This document shows positions 50,365 to 63,032 of a stretch of 64,000 nt of DNA, in pieces (the stretch's first letter is position 1; each line of letters begins with the position of its first letter). The position numbers and the translations under genes were made by a program. Source of the stretch: Euglena gracilis (Eukaryota); assembly GCA_039621445.1 (NCBI GenBank), contig CP154954.1, positions 22,084,954 to 22,148,953 of the forward strand, written 5' to 3'. The notes beneath the pieces were generated by a model. The model made no database searches and was not told the DNA's origin. It saw only the letters and a list, made by a program, of their open reading frames with translations.

Positions 50365-52733
50365 ACTTTCAAAAACGTTTGCCATTTCTTCTCCCTCCCA
50401 TTCCCCATTTCTTTGCTCCTTGTGAACCGCATTTCCTGGGTTTCGAACATTTGTTGTAAGTGACACTGCTGGTGGTTTTTTCAATGTTCCTGAACCCCAC
50501 CTTAATAGGATATTAATTCACTTCAAGGGATGAAATTAGAAAAAAAACGGAATGAAATAATTTCCATACACTTCTGTTCATTTTTCGAGGTGAACATTGT
50601 AAAAGCAAAAAAAAATGCAGAAAAGGTAAAAACCATAGACTCATTGGCCACAGGATGCTAAAGCAGGGGCAAAACATCTTGACACACTGCAGAACACCAC
50701 TTTCAAGCAATTACCTCTAGTTAAAAAAAAAACTGAAATGTGAAACAGTGAGAAAAAAGTTTTTGCTCAAATTTGAAGGTGCATTTTTCCATGATTTGGG
50801 AGAATCTGATAAATGTGGGGGGCCTCCCTGTCATCTCTGGACCAAGAATGGTGTTTTCACTCTTTTCAGTATTTGGGCAAAGTTTCCGTCAAAAGGGATT
50901 CATCTGGGGGATTGAAAATTATGTTATTGAAAACGCGGTTCAACGACAGTGCACAGCTTTTTCATTCTTTTCTCAAATCAGGCAATTTTTCGGGGCTCCC
51001 ACCTAACCACAACCCCCCCTTGTTTGGGGGGGAGTCAGAAATTAAGAGAGGACGAAACCCAGACCCAATTGCTCACTTAAGGGGTCAAATGAGGGGGGGT
51101 TGTGGTACTTTTCCCGTCGACCATGACCTAAACAACTGGGTCAGGCCGAAAAGGTTTGCTGAAACGTCAAAAATACAGAGTTGCACCTCGAAAACATCCA
51201 TTTGGCGTTGGTTTGGAGCTTTACAGGAACCAGAGCAACAAAACCAACCCAAAACGAAATCCAGTTTCTCCCTTTGGTCACAAAGGTTTCCACCAGTGCT
51301 GCTGAGTGAAGTTAAGGGGAACGGAAAAGGGGAGGGGTTTGACACACATTTTCTGCCACTTGGGTTCATTTTTACCATTCTTTGAGGAAGTGGAAGGAAT
51401 ATGTGCAGAAATCGCCGCATTTGTCGTCTTTTGCCGAAGTCCATTTTAGAAAAGGTTCCGCTCACAGACTTAAGAGCCTTTGCCTTCAGTCTGTGCGCCA
51501 CCTGGCTGGTGTCCGCTGGCTCTCTCATCCAACGATTGTTTCCAGAGCAGGGAAAAAGATCACAGGTTTCAAGGTCAGAACTTTTTTCAAAGCCGCGGTG
51601 CCCCCAAAAAAAAAGGCCGCATAGTTCGACAAAAAAACCGGTGTGCTTATACTCGCTTAGGGTGCGTGGGGATCGGGACGCTGTCGGCTGCATTTTTGGT
51701 TGGGTTTTTGGTTGCGAGCTGAGGGTATTTGTTTGTGTCGTTCCCCCCCGGAGGCAAGCCAACTCCAGTGGGTCACTGAATCCATGGTTTGGTCGTCCAC
51801 CCCCCCCTCCTGGTGCTGGGCCGGAGCGTTTCGGCCCCCCACCGCCAAGGCGGGGGTCCTGACCAACCCAAAGGGTGCACGGGACGTCTTGAAAAAGGCC
51901 CGGCTGCCCCCCTCCCGGCAATTTGGGGGGGAAAAAATGTTGTTTTCCCCAAAAAAGTGGCCGATTTTTTTTTGGGAGGCGCCAGGCCACGAAATTTTGC
52001 AGTAGGGCCCACCCCTTTCTTAGACTGGAGGGGGTGTGCCCCTCCCCCGAAAAAGGACTAGGGGGCGGGGGAATATGATGCAGCAATTTTCGACCCATGC
52101 AAAGTGGCTGAAACTTTTGAGTTCTTAATTTGAAATTCTTGGTGCGATTGCAGCGTAGGAAGGTGACCGCCGCTGTCTTTCTTTAAGTGTTCAAGGGGCG
52201 TAGCAAGGGACAGGTTGAGAAATGGTTGCAAAATCCCCCCTCAAAATTGTGCCAAAAATTCCGCGGCACGCCGCATGGCCTCCTGAACGAGGTCGGGTGC
52301 CAGGGAGGATTATTTTTTTGGAACGAAAGAAATTTTCAAAAAAGCAACGCCAGTCTAATCCTTTGAGGGGCACCTGGTGTCTTCTTTTTTTTATAGCTTT
52401 TGAACATTTATTTTTTTCAGCCTTCCGGAGTGCTTTGTGTTTTTTCCCCGCCTGTCCCTGTCCCCGTGACTTTCGTTGCAAAAAAAAATCGGTTTTTTTG
52501 ACGAAACAGTTTTTTTCTTCTTCAAAAAACACCCAAAAAAAGCAACAAAATGTCCAGGTGACAACGCAAGAAAACCATTCCCCCCTAAAAATGCATAAAA
52601 ATGGTGCAAAAATGTGTTTATGTTTCCCCCCGCTTCCTCATTGGTCGGTCAGGGCACCTCGGACGTTTTTTTTTTTTTGCAAAACCTCACGTTGACGTGC
52701 ACAGGTTCCTGACCACATCAAAGGCTGTTGTCA

Positions 52734-55700
52734 TCAACCCGTTGTTGGTAAACAGGCGCATAATCTGCGAGCTCCTGGATCGCTGGCGCGGCACGTTGGC
52801 ATGGTCGCTGGGTTGTATAAGAAGTTGATGAAGCACTGGGAGGATTTGGGCTGGAGCCACGGGGTCGGTGAGGCAGAGGTGGATCAACCACATACAACCC
52901 TTGTTCATCAGCCGCAATCACCTTGTTGTGTCACCACCTGGGGACATTGGAGGGGATTGGCTGGGCCCTCTGGTCAGATGCAGGCAGGTGCAAAATTTCT
53001 TGGAAGGAGGGGGCTTTGGAGGGGGGACATTGGTCACGAGAAAACTCGGCGCAAAATGGCAGAAAACTTTTTTCGGGCATAAACCCTCAAAATCACGTTT
53101 TTACGCACTTTTAAAAGAAATTGGCAAAAATGTATTCAAAACTTCACTTCCCAACACAAAGTGCCGGGGAAGGAAAATTTCAGAGGTCCTGGACCCCCCA
53201 GAGGGCAACCCCTGTGACTGGGAGGCCTCCAACCCAGGTGGGGTGGTCAGGAAAAAAAGAACATCGGAAAAAACTAAACCCCCCCAAATAACACCCCCCC
53301 AACCCCCCCCCCCAAATAACACACCCCCCCCTCGAGGGCCGATTTCGAGCACCCAAATAACACCCCCCCCTGTTTTCCTTTGGTTTTCCATGCAAAAATA
53401 ACCCCCCCCCCCCAAATAACACCCCCCCTGGGGCCCCAGTTCGGGTGCCCAAATAACACACCGGGGGGGGTGTTATTTGGGGGGGTTTACTCAACTCCCA
53501 TTTTTGAAGGTTTTGGGTGTACAGTAGGGAAACTAAATAGTGGGACGGCCCTGGGAAACTAAATAGTGGGACACCCCCAAAAAATGCTGATCCCTCGGAG
53601 ACCGTCAGCGCGTTGCAAAGGGTTTTCAAATTGTTGCAATATCAGGAGGCTTCAATGTGTGGCATGTATAAGGTGTACCCAGTACCGTCCAATGGATGGC
53701 CTAGGGCCGTGGGGGGCCTGTCATTAACGGGTGGGACCAACATCAGCGTCGAGCACAGCAGCAAGACAGCTGGGCATCGACGCGTGTATACCTCGAATTT
53801 GTTCGGGAGAAATGTCAGCAAAAGCACGCTGCAGAGCTGCCCAAGGTTTGTTTCGGTTAGGGAAAACACATCCTTCGAGCTTTGTGAGCAAGAAGCACGA
53901 CGTCCTGGCTGCAATGCTGTGAAGATGCTGGATGACGGGTCCTGCACAAGCTTCTGCTTGGAGATAGCGGATCTCCTCGGTTTGCCAGGCGTAGGAGTGG
54001 GGAGGTCTCCGCGGTCCATTGCAAATGATGCATTTTCCAAGCTCCCATTCGAAAACCGTTCCCCCTGTGAACTGTGAGGCACAGGCTTAGCAAATGGGAG
54101 GAAACGATGGGCTGGGGCAGATGCAGCTCTCCTAGATAAGAGGTGGATTGAACACCCTGCCCCCCTCCCCCCATGCAAGGCGAAGAAACGAGGCCTGTTT
54201 GCGGCCCGCAATGAGCCCGGAACTCAACCCGATCGAGCACCTGTGGGTGCTTGTGCTCGCAAAGCTCGAAGGATGTGTTTTCCCTGACCGAAACAAACTT
54301 TGGGCAGCTCTGCAGCGTGCTTTTGCTGACATTTCTCCCGAACAAATTCGAGGTATACGTGCGTCGATGCCCAGCTGCCTTGCTGCTGTGCTCGACGCTG
54401 ATGTTGGTCCCACCCGTTAATGACAGGCCCCCCACGGCCCTAGGCCATCCATTGGATGGCACTGGGTACACCTTATACATGCCACACATTGAAGCCTCCT
54501 GATATTGCAACAATTTGAAAACCCTTTGCAACTCGCTGACGGTCTCCAGGGGATCAGCATTTTTTGGGGGTGTCCCACTATTTAGTTTCCCTGGATCGTC
54601 CCACTATTCAGTTTCCCTACTGTATTTGGGGTTGGCCATATTTAGAATAAGCTGATATCTGCCGTTTTTATACCGTTTAATGCAAATTCCTTCATATCAT
54701 TCAGAGTCATCAGAGGTTGATTCAGAGTCATCATATCATCAGAGGTTGATTATATTTGGGGGTTGCTTATATTTGGGGGTTGCTGCAAGAGGGGGTTGCT
54801 CACATGGGGGAGGGGGTTACAGGACACCAGGAGGTCACTGTGGGGCTTTCAAAAAAAGAATTGAAGAAATATAATGGTGAACTGTTTGTAATTCCTGCAA
54901 CCAGTGCCTTGCGGCGGACGTCTGCCCCTGGGCATTGCGCTGGAGCGGTCAACGATGCATTCAGAGCACGCTGTCTGGAAAGCCAAGGCAGGGGGTTCCT
55001 TGACAACCCATGGAGAATGAAACAGCAACTGGTTGGACGGAGGTGGATGGAGGTGTGGGGGGGTGGTTTAGTGCCACTGGACTTGGCAGCCTGGCTGGGA
55101 AGAAACAACCCCTGGCCGGCTGGAGCCCCTTGGGGGGGGGTCCTCTCCGGCCTGAGAAATCCTCTGGGCCTGGCTCAGTGCCGCGCAGGAGTTGACGGGG
55201 GTCAGCGTCAGCAGCCGGGGAGGGAGGGGCCACCGACCAGTGTGTCTCGGGGTTGCGCGTTGGGGGGGGGGGGGGCTGGAGCTGTGGCAGTGTGTCAGTA
55301 CGGATTGACAAGGATTCTCAGTCCGTGCGACCCTTCAGTGACAATGTGGTGGCCCCATTTTGGGTCAAGTGGGGAAGTTGTGGTCAATGGTCAATTTTGG
55401 GTCCAAATTGAGCCTTCTTCCCAAGCATGTATCGGGGCACCATCGCAAAAAAAGCAGGCAGATGGCAAAACACATCTGCAGATAAAAAACAACATGTGAG
55501 AAAACACAGAGCAAAGATGATGTGAAGTCGTTCCTCTTGCTACTGTCACTTGCAGGGCTTTTTTTGCAAGAAGTAATTGTGCACATCAAATTCAAATTCA
55601 GGGCATCTCCCCTCGGTCAGTGCATGACTCATTTAAACGGCCGCAGACACTGGTACAAGAATGACCTGAGACGGGCAGGTGGGGGGGGACCCCACCGACC

Positions 55701-58700
55701 TCAGGGCGATGAGGTCCATTCCATACACACACACACACACACACACATGCACACACCACGACACAGACAAAACATCCAGAAAGGGAGGGAAGGAAGAGGC
55801 ACACGGAGAGCATTGCAAATGATGGCAAACCACCGATACCCCAATATCCTCATTGAAACTCATCTGCTTTTGGAAGCAGCCCAATGCAAAAGAGTGAAGG
55901 GGCCCCAAGAGCTGGTGCCGCTGCTACAAAAATTTTTTGCTTGTAAGAATTTCACGAACATTGCCTACAAATTAATGTTGTGATTGTCGACTTTTACGTT
56001 GGTGGTATTTTTTCTGGGACAAAACAAACTGATTTTCAGAAACAATGAAAATTGAAAAAGAAATTCCCGTGGAAGCGAACAAAAGGTGAAAGCACTTCGA
56101 CCTTAAAAAAAAATCAGAACAAACCCAAGAAACAGCTGTTAAAACTGGGCATGTCGCTTCTGTGATCATCGACATGGATGTTGAAGGGAGACCCATGAGC
56201 ATGATCTACTGATTGCATCACCTGCATCAAAATTTGGACGGTGGAAATCGAAACTCAGCTTTGGGCTGCTTGACCAAAATTTTGTCTGGCAGGCTTGGAA
56301 TCAATTGCCTCTCGTTTGGCGGCACAATTTGATGCACCGGCAACGTTGCAAAAACAAGAACACCCGCCTGCCGAAAAGTGGAACCCCAAAGGGCATGGCC
56401 ATATGGCTTCGGTGGCAAACGTGCGAGGGCCACCGGCCCAGCGCCACACGCCTTCGGGCCCGGGGCGGAGGGCCATCCCCGCGTACGTCACGTTGAGCCG
56501 CCGCAGCACCTCCGCCCGCAGGGGCTGCACGTACGTCCCGGCGCTGTACCGCAGCATCCAGACGTGGGTGGCCGGGTGCCCCCGGCAGACGGCGGCGCGC
56601 CATGCCGCCGCCTGGGCCCGCGACGGCGGCCCCGGCGCCCCACCCCTCGGCGGGCTCGTGGCCCCGCCCGTACTCGATGCGGTGGAACTGCTCGTAGTGC
56701 TCCGGAAGGGGCCGGCGCTCCCCGAGAACGCCGCGGCGCAATGCACCGCCGCCAGACATCGTCACACCGACCCTTGAGCGGGGCAGCCCCGCAGCAGGCA
56801 CACACCCCAGCAGGGCCAGACGCCTGTTGCGAGGAGGCCTGGTGGGTGTGGGTGGAAGCCCCCCTGGGAGGTGGGGACCATGCCATTGCTTAACGACCCC
56901 CTGGGGGGAGGGGGGACACTTTCCACTTTCAAAAAAACCAGTCACTTTTTAAAAGCTAGTCACCCACTGTTTACCCCACTCCGGGGGGGGCGGTCAGTCA
57001 CTTTGACCACTCGGCCAAAAATGCCTCAGAATCAATGGGTTTTGGCCAAAAACACCAAATTTTCCACGCCGAAAGCGAAGGCGCCAGGTAGCCACTTTCG
57101 GGCAATACTGGCCGACCCCCCCCCCCCCGGGGGTCTGGAGCCACAACCAAAAAAAACCATTCAGTCATCCTCCGGGGGTGGGTTCGAATGCAACTTGAGC
57201 AATGGTGTGGTCGGGACCCCCCCTCCCCCACCTATCATTGACTCCGCAAGCGAAAAACCATTCGGCACCACAAGTGTTGAAGAATCTTTAGCTGACAAAT
57301 TGGCAACACAGCAAAATGAGACGTGGTGGGGGGCACCCTCTTCCTCGACGCAACCCAAAGGATTTCCGGTTCCCTGTTCATGCCTCAGTCAGCGGTGTTG
57401 GTGTTGGTTCTGGGACTCACCATCGGCACAAAAAGATTTCTCTTAAACATAATCGATTTCTTTGGCCAGCGGTTTCAAAATGCATCCCCTCATTCTGCCA
57501 CAGCCCCCCAGGAGTGGGACCTTCCATGCCGCCTTGCAACGCAGTGCAAGAACCCACAGGATTCTTAAAAAATCTCCGTAATTGGCAGAATGTGCGTTGC
57601 AGATTGCAGAATGGCGAACAGGTGGTGGCTGGCCCATGCATTGAGGGGTGGTCTGTGGTTTGGCTGGCTGTGGGGAGGGAAACCATTGATCCCCCCCCAT
57701 AGACCCAAGAGGGGAGGGCACTTTATTCAAGCAAAAGCCCACCTGTCCACTTCTTCTTCTTCTTTTTGAAAAACCACCCTCCCTCCCTTCCTGGGGGAGG
57801 GTCCACCCACTCACCCAGCCCAAAACCACCCGAAACCAGCCAATCCTTGAAAATTCTCCAGGCAAACCCGGCGTAGTTGGGCGTACCTGTGGCACACCCC
57901 ACCCCTGGGGTGGGGGTTCTGCGGCCCAAACCCACCACTCTCTTGAAAAAAACCCCCATCCATCTTGGGACTTGGTTCGCACGAGGTGAATGCACCCACA
58001 CAGCACAGTGCACAGCACAGCGCAATGCAGCAGAACGAGATACTACCCGACACAATGTAACAAACAAACACATCAGCAGCAGCAGCAGCAGCGTGACGAC
58101 GGTCATTTTGTTCATTTTGTTGGCTGTCAGAAGGGCCGTCCCCGGCCCACCACAGCCGATATGCCGCACCGAACTCCAAGCCACCCACAGAGATTCTTTC
58201 TCCCCAGCATCCTGTCATCCTTCCTGACCTGGGGGAGGTGCCTCGCTGGAGGCAGCGTTCTTTTTCTCGAGGAGGAACTTCAGCGGAGGAAACGATGAGC
58301 CACCTGGTTTGCTGAAGCCAGCCCATCCCCCCTGGCAACCACAACAAAAAATCCCAGGCCTCCACCAGATGCAGATTTCCGCAGGTTCTCTGGCCTACTC
58401 TTGTCGAACCACGGCTTGACTCCTGAGGAAGGAAAGAAAATTGGGTCGCAAAAATTCAGAGTCCGAATGGTAGAGCGCATAGATAGAACAATGGCGAAGG
58501 GGAGGCGTCGTCTCATCTGGACCACAATTGAACACACTTGTTTGGGTGTTGTTTTGCAAATTGAAATTGAAAATCGCAAATTGCAAATCAAAAATCAAAG
58601 CACCCAGCCCTGGAAATGTGCGCCGGGTGTTCCATGCAGTCACACCCATTTTGCAGGCTGGCCCTGCTCTCACAGAACCCCAAATGCATGCCGCACTTGC

Positions 58701-61700
58701 TTCTGAAATTCATGTGCCGTCAGGGGACGCACACACCGCGGAAGTGGAACAGCTTCACCTTGGTCAGCGGCTCAGATGCGGCCCGATGCATGCTGTAGTA
58801 ATTCGAGAGCCGCACGAAGCGTGGCCCGAAGAATGCCCGGGCCACCTCCCCGTCCCTCGCGTCCACGGCAGGGGCACGCCGGAGTCGTCACCAGCCCGTC
58901 GGTGGCTTTGGGACTTCCGGCAGGGGAAAATGCATCGTCAGTGTATGTTGGACGTAGAATATCACATATTCTTTTGATTGTGTAGATTTCAGAGGTTGTG
59001 TTGCATTCATGCTGTTTTATCCCGTCGCACTTCAGCAATTTTTGGAGGGCTGGCCCAGCCAATATACACTTTTTTTTTTGCAATTACAGGTCTGCCGGGT
59101 GTTTAAAAAAAACACTGGGACAGGCGAGGCGAGCTGGGACGTTTTTGACCTCGCCAACATGGTTTCCTCCTGGGCCACATGTTTTGAAGCAAAACAGGCA
59201 GGGAAAAAAACAAGGAAAAAAGATTCTGCAACTGAAATATACTGGTCGGGGCAAGCTCCTGGCCGACCCCGCGGTATCGGCCTGTCCGGACGCCCGCGTG
59301 GAAGTGGCGGACCAGCGCATCAAACACGTCACGGTGGGGCAGGATGGTCATCATGCCTGTCTGGAAATACTTCTTGTTTCCTGTGGAAAGATCAGAATGA
59401 GAACTTCTGTGATTAGAGGTGGGGTGGCCAGGGCTGTATGGGAAGGGAACCTGAAATTGGTGGACCAAGAGAACCGGGAAGGCTGGGGGGGGGTCGACGC
59501 CCACCACTATCCAAGGGCTTCGGAGAATCTCGTACAGCCCTGGGGGTGGCGGACCAAATGGTCCCCCAGTTGCTGCATGGCGGCGGCAAGACCAACAACA
59601 AAAGCACCCCTGCGTGATTCCGACCGCAAAGCCACAGCACCTTCGTGCCTTTTCAGCTTCCATTCAATGACTGAGAAACTGACCCCCCCCCAGCACGGCG
59701 CTGTGGGTCGGGGTTGCGCCAGCGTGGTCGTGATTTGGATGGCACACCGGAGCCCAGGGCACCGACGAACGTCTCATTGGGGAGGGGGAAGTTGAAGACG
59801 GAGTCCGGCTCGTCGAGGGCGAGCATGTCGGCGTCGAAGAAGGCGACCATGGCGTACTCCGTGAGGTTCCACAGGTACAGCTTGTCGAAGGTGTCCCGGG
59901 CAGGGCTTGCCGCCCAACCCAGAGATCCCCTGTCCACTCCAGACCTGTGTGTCCACCCCCCACCCCCCACCGTGTTGGTATGCCTGGTACAGAACGAGGG
60001 CCAGGGGCCTGCTCATAGCTTCACTTGGTGCTTCCGGGGGGGGGGGGGGCTAAGGATGGTCTTCCAACCGACCCAACCACCCCAAAGCCCGCCCCAATCG
60101 GTACCAAATCCAAAAATTTGCGCTCGGCCCAGCCTCCAACTGGTGCAGACTGACCCTGAGGGAGTGGGTCCAACAGCCCAAACCCACCCACCAATTGAAA
60201 ACCACTCGAATCCCCACCACAAATCCCTCTTCTTCTGCTTTGACTCCTGTAACGATGCCGCTCCCTTTGCACCATTCATCAGCTGCCCGCTTCTTCAGAG
60301 CAGAAGAACGGTTGACAGTCCTTCCGTACTTCAAATGGCCACACATCGCCCCCTCCGGCTTCTCATGGCCCAGACCTCACGACCTATGCAACTGCGACGG
60401 CGGCCCACGCATCCCCCCGACGGACGTGCACCTTGAGCCGCATATGCATCGACCCCCGCACGGACCCCCCAGGGATGGTCAGGGCTGGGCCCCCCCCCAC
60501 CCACCACCCTGGCTGTTTTGGCCTATTCCCGCACTGCCCTGGAGATGGGGGAGGGCCGACTGGAGTGGCGCTCTGCAGCGGTGGGGCCCTGGCACCGCCA
60601 GCGGCTCTCCGGCACGAGGGGGGCCAGGCTGGGGACGCTGCGCAGGTGGCGGTAGCCCACCGCCAGGCGTGATTTTTTTTTACCGCGCCTTAAAAAACTT
60701 TAAAATGGCTTAAACTGCACCTGAAAAGTTCTGGCCAAAATGCCTCAAAACGCCTTAAAAATCCGGACTGGTGGAATTTTCTCTGACCAAGCAAACATTG
60801 CAAATTAAAATCGCGGCAGAAACAGACCAACTGTGGGAAGAAAACCGATTTCTGGCATCGCTGGAACATTGTCTATCCAATAAAACCCAAGAAAATTTTT
60901 TTTGACTCATCTGAATTTGGACGACATGTAAAATCAGAAATGTTGGCTCGATGCCCGGATAGCCCTTGGACAGCCCTGGAACATAACGACTTAAAAAGTC
61001 TTTAAAAGCCTTTAAATACCTTAAAAGAGGCGTTAAAGCTTGAAATTTATTTTTATAAAATTTCCTTAAAAATAATGCCTGCCCGCCGCTCGCAGCCGCC
61101 GCTGGCTCTCCGGGTGGAGGGTAGGTGGGCAGAGCAGCACGAGCTCACACAGACCCTCCTGCAGGAGTCGAGGTGGATCATGATGGACCGCCCCCCTTCA
61201 GCGTTACCAAACCGATCTTTTTTTGCCCGTGCCGCCGTTTGGGCAATGCCACAAAACTACTGCTTCCTCCATTCTCCACTTTTCCTTAACAAGCTCTAGT
61301 TTTTGTTTTATATTACGCCTGTCGAATGCTTCAGATGGGAAAGCAGGTGGCCCAGGTGGGGGGACGTCATTTTGTTGAACTAGTGGACCGGATTTAGACA
61401 GCCAGGTAAGGCAAGGCAGGCAACTGGTCCCGGGACGCAAAGGCTCCGCTCAAAGAGGGACCTCCTTTTTGACATCGATTTCCTCCTCCTTTTTGAAATA
61501 ACCATCGTCTGAGCAGAAGGAGCAGAAGGAAAGAATAACAAATCAATTGTAGGTGCACAGCCAGTGTGCCCATCCCCTCCCCAACAATTGCTGCAGTCCC
61601 ACGCCCCTGTGGCATGCAGGAACTCCTGGCCGACGGGCAGATTCCTAACCGCCTTGTGTAGGGGGGCCAGGCAACAACAAAAAAAAAGGAAAATGGCCCC

Positions 61701-61990
61701 CCAAGGAGGGATAAAGACCGGACCACCAAGGATCTGACGGGGTGGGGACTCCACCACATCCAAATCCCAGACACCCTGCCGACGTTGAAGACTGGCGGGA
61801 CGTTTAAAACCGAGAAACTGCCTGGAAGAAGGGGCCCACCTGCAACAGGTAAGAGGTGTTGAGTAGCGACACAGCGAGGACGATCGCCCCGTCCACGTAC
61901 TTCTCGTTGCTGATGACCGAGACAAAGGCATACTTCCAGCAATCGCCCCACTTCGCCGCCAAGCTTGGTTGACCAAATTTCAGAACAAGA
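52734..61990 (-). CDS. Multi-exon glycosyltransferase family 8 (glycogenin-like) protein with Cys-rich C-terminal domain; N-terminus unresolved
   Basis: Exons ~61990-61840 (KYAFVSVISNEKYVDGAIVLAVSL), 61158-61085, 60658-60595, 59895-59748 (DTFDKLYLWNLTEY...FDAD), 59380-59265 (YFQTGMM), 58863-58737 (KLFHFR), 58422-~58366 (GVKPW), ~58200-58145 (YRLWW), ~56700-56453, 55665-55615, 55216-55170, 54983-~54930, ~52865-52734 (RRLCAC...stop); junctions given with exact coordinates are phase-compatible. Confidence 0.85.
53273..53491. mobile_element. Small MITE-like element with taaacccccccaaataacaccccccc inverted ends and internal aaataacacccc repeats
   Basis: Left end is the reverse complement of gggggggtgttatttgggggggttta. 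Confidence 0.6.
53522..54622. mobile_element. Palindromic Tc1/mariner derivative with ~370-bp inverted arms and TA TSD
   Basis: TA|CAGTAGGG...CCCTACTG|TA; transposase C-terminus SPELNPIEHLW...ASMP at about 54205-54420. Confidence 0.9.
54984..55169 (-). other. Non-conventional intron gccCAGaggatt...aaccccCTGccttg
   Basis: Joins NSCAALSQ to AFQTACSEC in frame. Confidence 0.75.
58864..59264 (-). other. Non-conventional intron ggcCAGgagc...gcccCTGccgtg
   Basis: Joins RYRGV to DARDG; in-frame stop just upstream of the exon with no AG in between. Confidence 0.75.
59896..60594 (-). other. Non-conventional intron tgcCAGGGC...GCCCTGcccgg
   Basis: Joins SRWR to DTFDKL in frame; no AG at the acceptor; 6-bp terminal stem. 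Confidence 0.8.
60659..61084 (-). other. Non-conventional intron formed by a hAT-like MITE (60664-61081)
   Basis: TIRs match 12/14; 8-bp TSD cccaccgc/cccgccgc; removal restores RRLRAAGYRHLRSVP. Confidence 0.85.
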
Positions 61991-62633
61991 CTGACGGTTA
62001 TCGGACTCGTCGAAGGGTCTCAAAAGGTCTACCAACGCTCACTCAATACCCTGTGCCCCCATCCCCAACGGGGGGGAGGTATCCCACCCGAGTGACCAGC
62101 CGACACCAAAGGGGGACGATGGGCCCGGGAGGCGCCACCCTTCACCGCCTCCAGAACGGCACTGCGGCGAGGGGGAGGGAGGCGCCGGCGGTGGCAGCGG
62201 CCCCCCAACTGGCCTGACCGAAGAGGGGAACCCCCACCCGACAGGGAGGGTTGGGGTGTGGGTGGGGGCTGCTGGGCGTGGGGGCGCGGAGGGGCCCCCG
62301 GCCTCCCTCGGCGGTCCGCCTGGGCGGGGGGCAGCCGCCGGCGGGGAGGGCTCCCCGCGCTGGGCCGAGGGCTGCCTGTGTCGTCAGGCGAGACCCCCCC
62401 TGACGACTTCACCTTTCGCTGGCTCCGGAACGGTTGGTTTTTTTGCTGATTTGGGTCCTACACACGAGTGGGTTTGCCGCATGGGGCACAGGCAGGGGGT
62501 GGTCGGAGGCTGGGGGAAGGGCGCACGAGGGGCGTCACCCGAGTGTGGGAGTAGCTGGGCAGCGGCGGGCCTCCGGCTCGGCAGCAGCGTCGGCGAGCAG
62601 GGACCCCCCCCCCTTGGCACGGCCGATCCCAGC

Positions 62634-63032
62634 GTAAACCCCCTCCCTAATAAGTGCGCGGTGCCCTAATTGTGCGCAGTGCCCTAATAAGTGCGCACCC
62701 CAAGGGTCCGAAACTACCTCCCTAAAAAGTGCACACCTCCCAAAGAGAAACCGTTGTCACATTTCAGGTCGGAAAGCAAACACAATTCTCAGAACGGTCC
62801 TTCTCAGACCAGATATTTCCATCGTCCAAACCCAACTTTGACACATAACCACTTGAATCATAGCTTGACATCACAAGAAGGGGGAAAACTGAAAAAAGAG
62901 TGGTGGAAAGTCAAGCATTGTGAGCTTTGCCCTAATAAGTGCGCAGTGCCCTAAATAAGTGCGCACCCCTTGGGGTCCGAAACTACGTCCTTAAACTGTG
63001 TGCACCCGTGCACTTATTAGGGGGGGGTTTAC
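62634..63032. mobile_element. MITE-like element with gtaaacccc...cctaataagtgc TIRs and internal ccctaataagtgcgc repeats
   Basis: Left end is complementary to gcacttattagggggggggtttac; internal direct repeat 62664-62720 resembles 62930-62990. Confidence 0.7.

Noticed and set aside
50500-52700. ORFs 50813-51385 and 51085-52098 as genes or a transposase
   Set aside because: Homopolymer-rich low-complexity translations with no motifs; no convincing TIR/TSD pair found.
56255-56945. Stand-alone ORFs in the GC-rich patch
   Set aside because: Better explained as one exon of the GT8 gene with a probable homopolymer frameshift near 56630.
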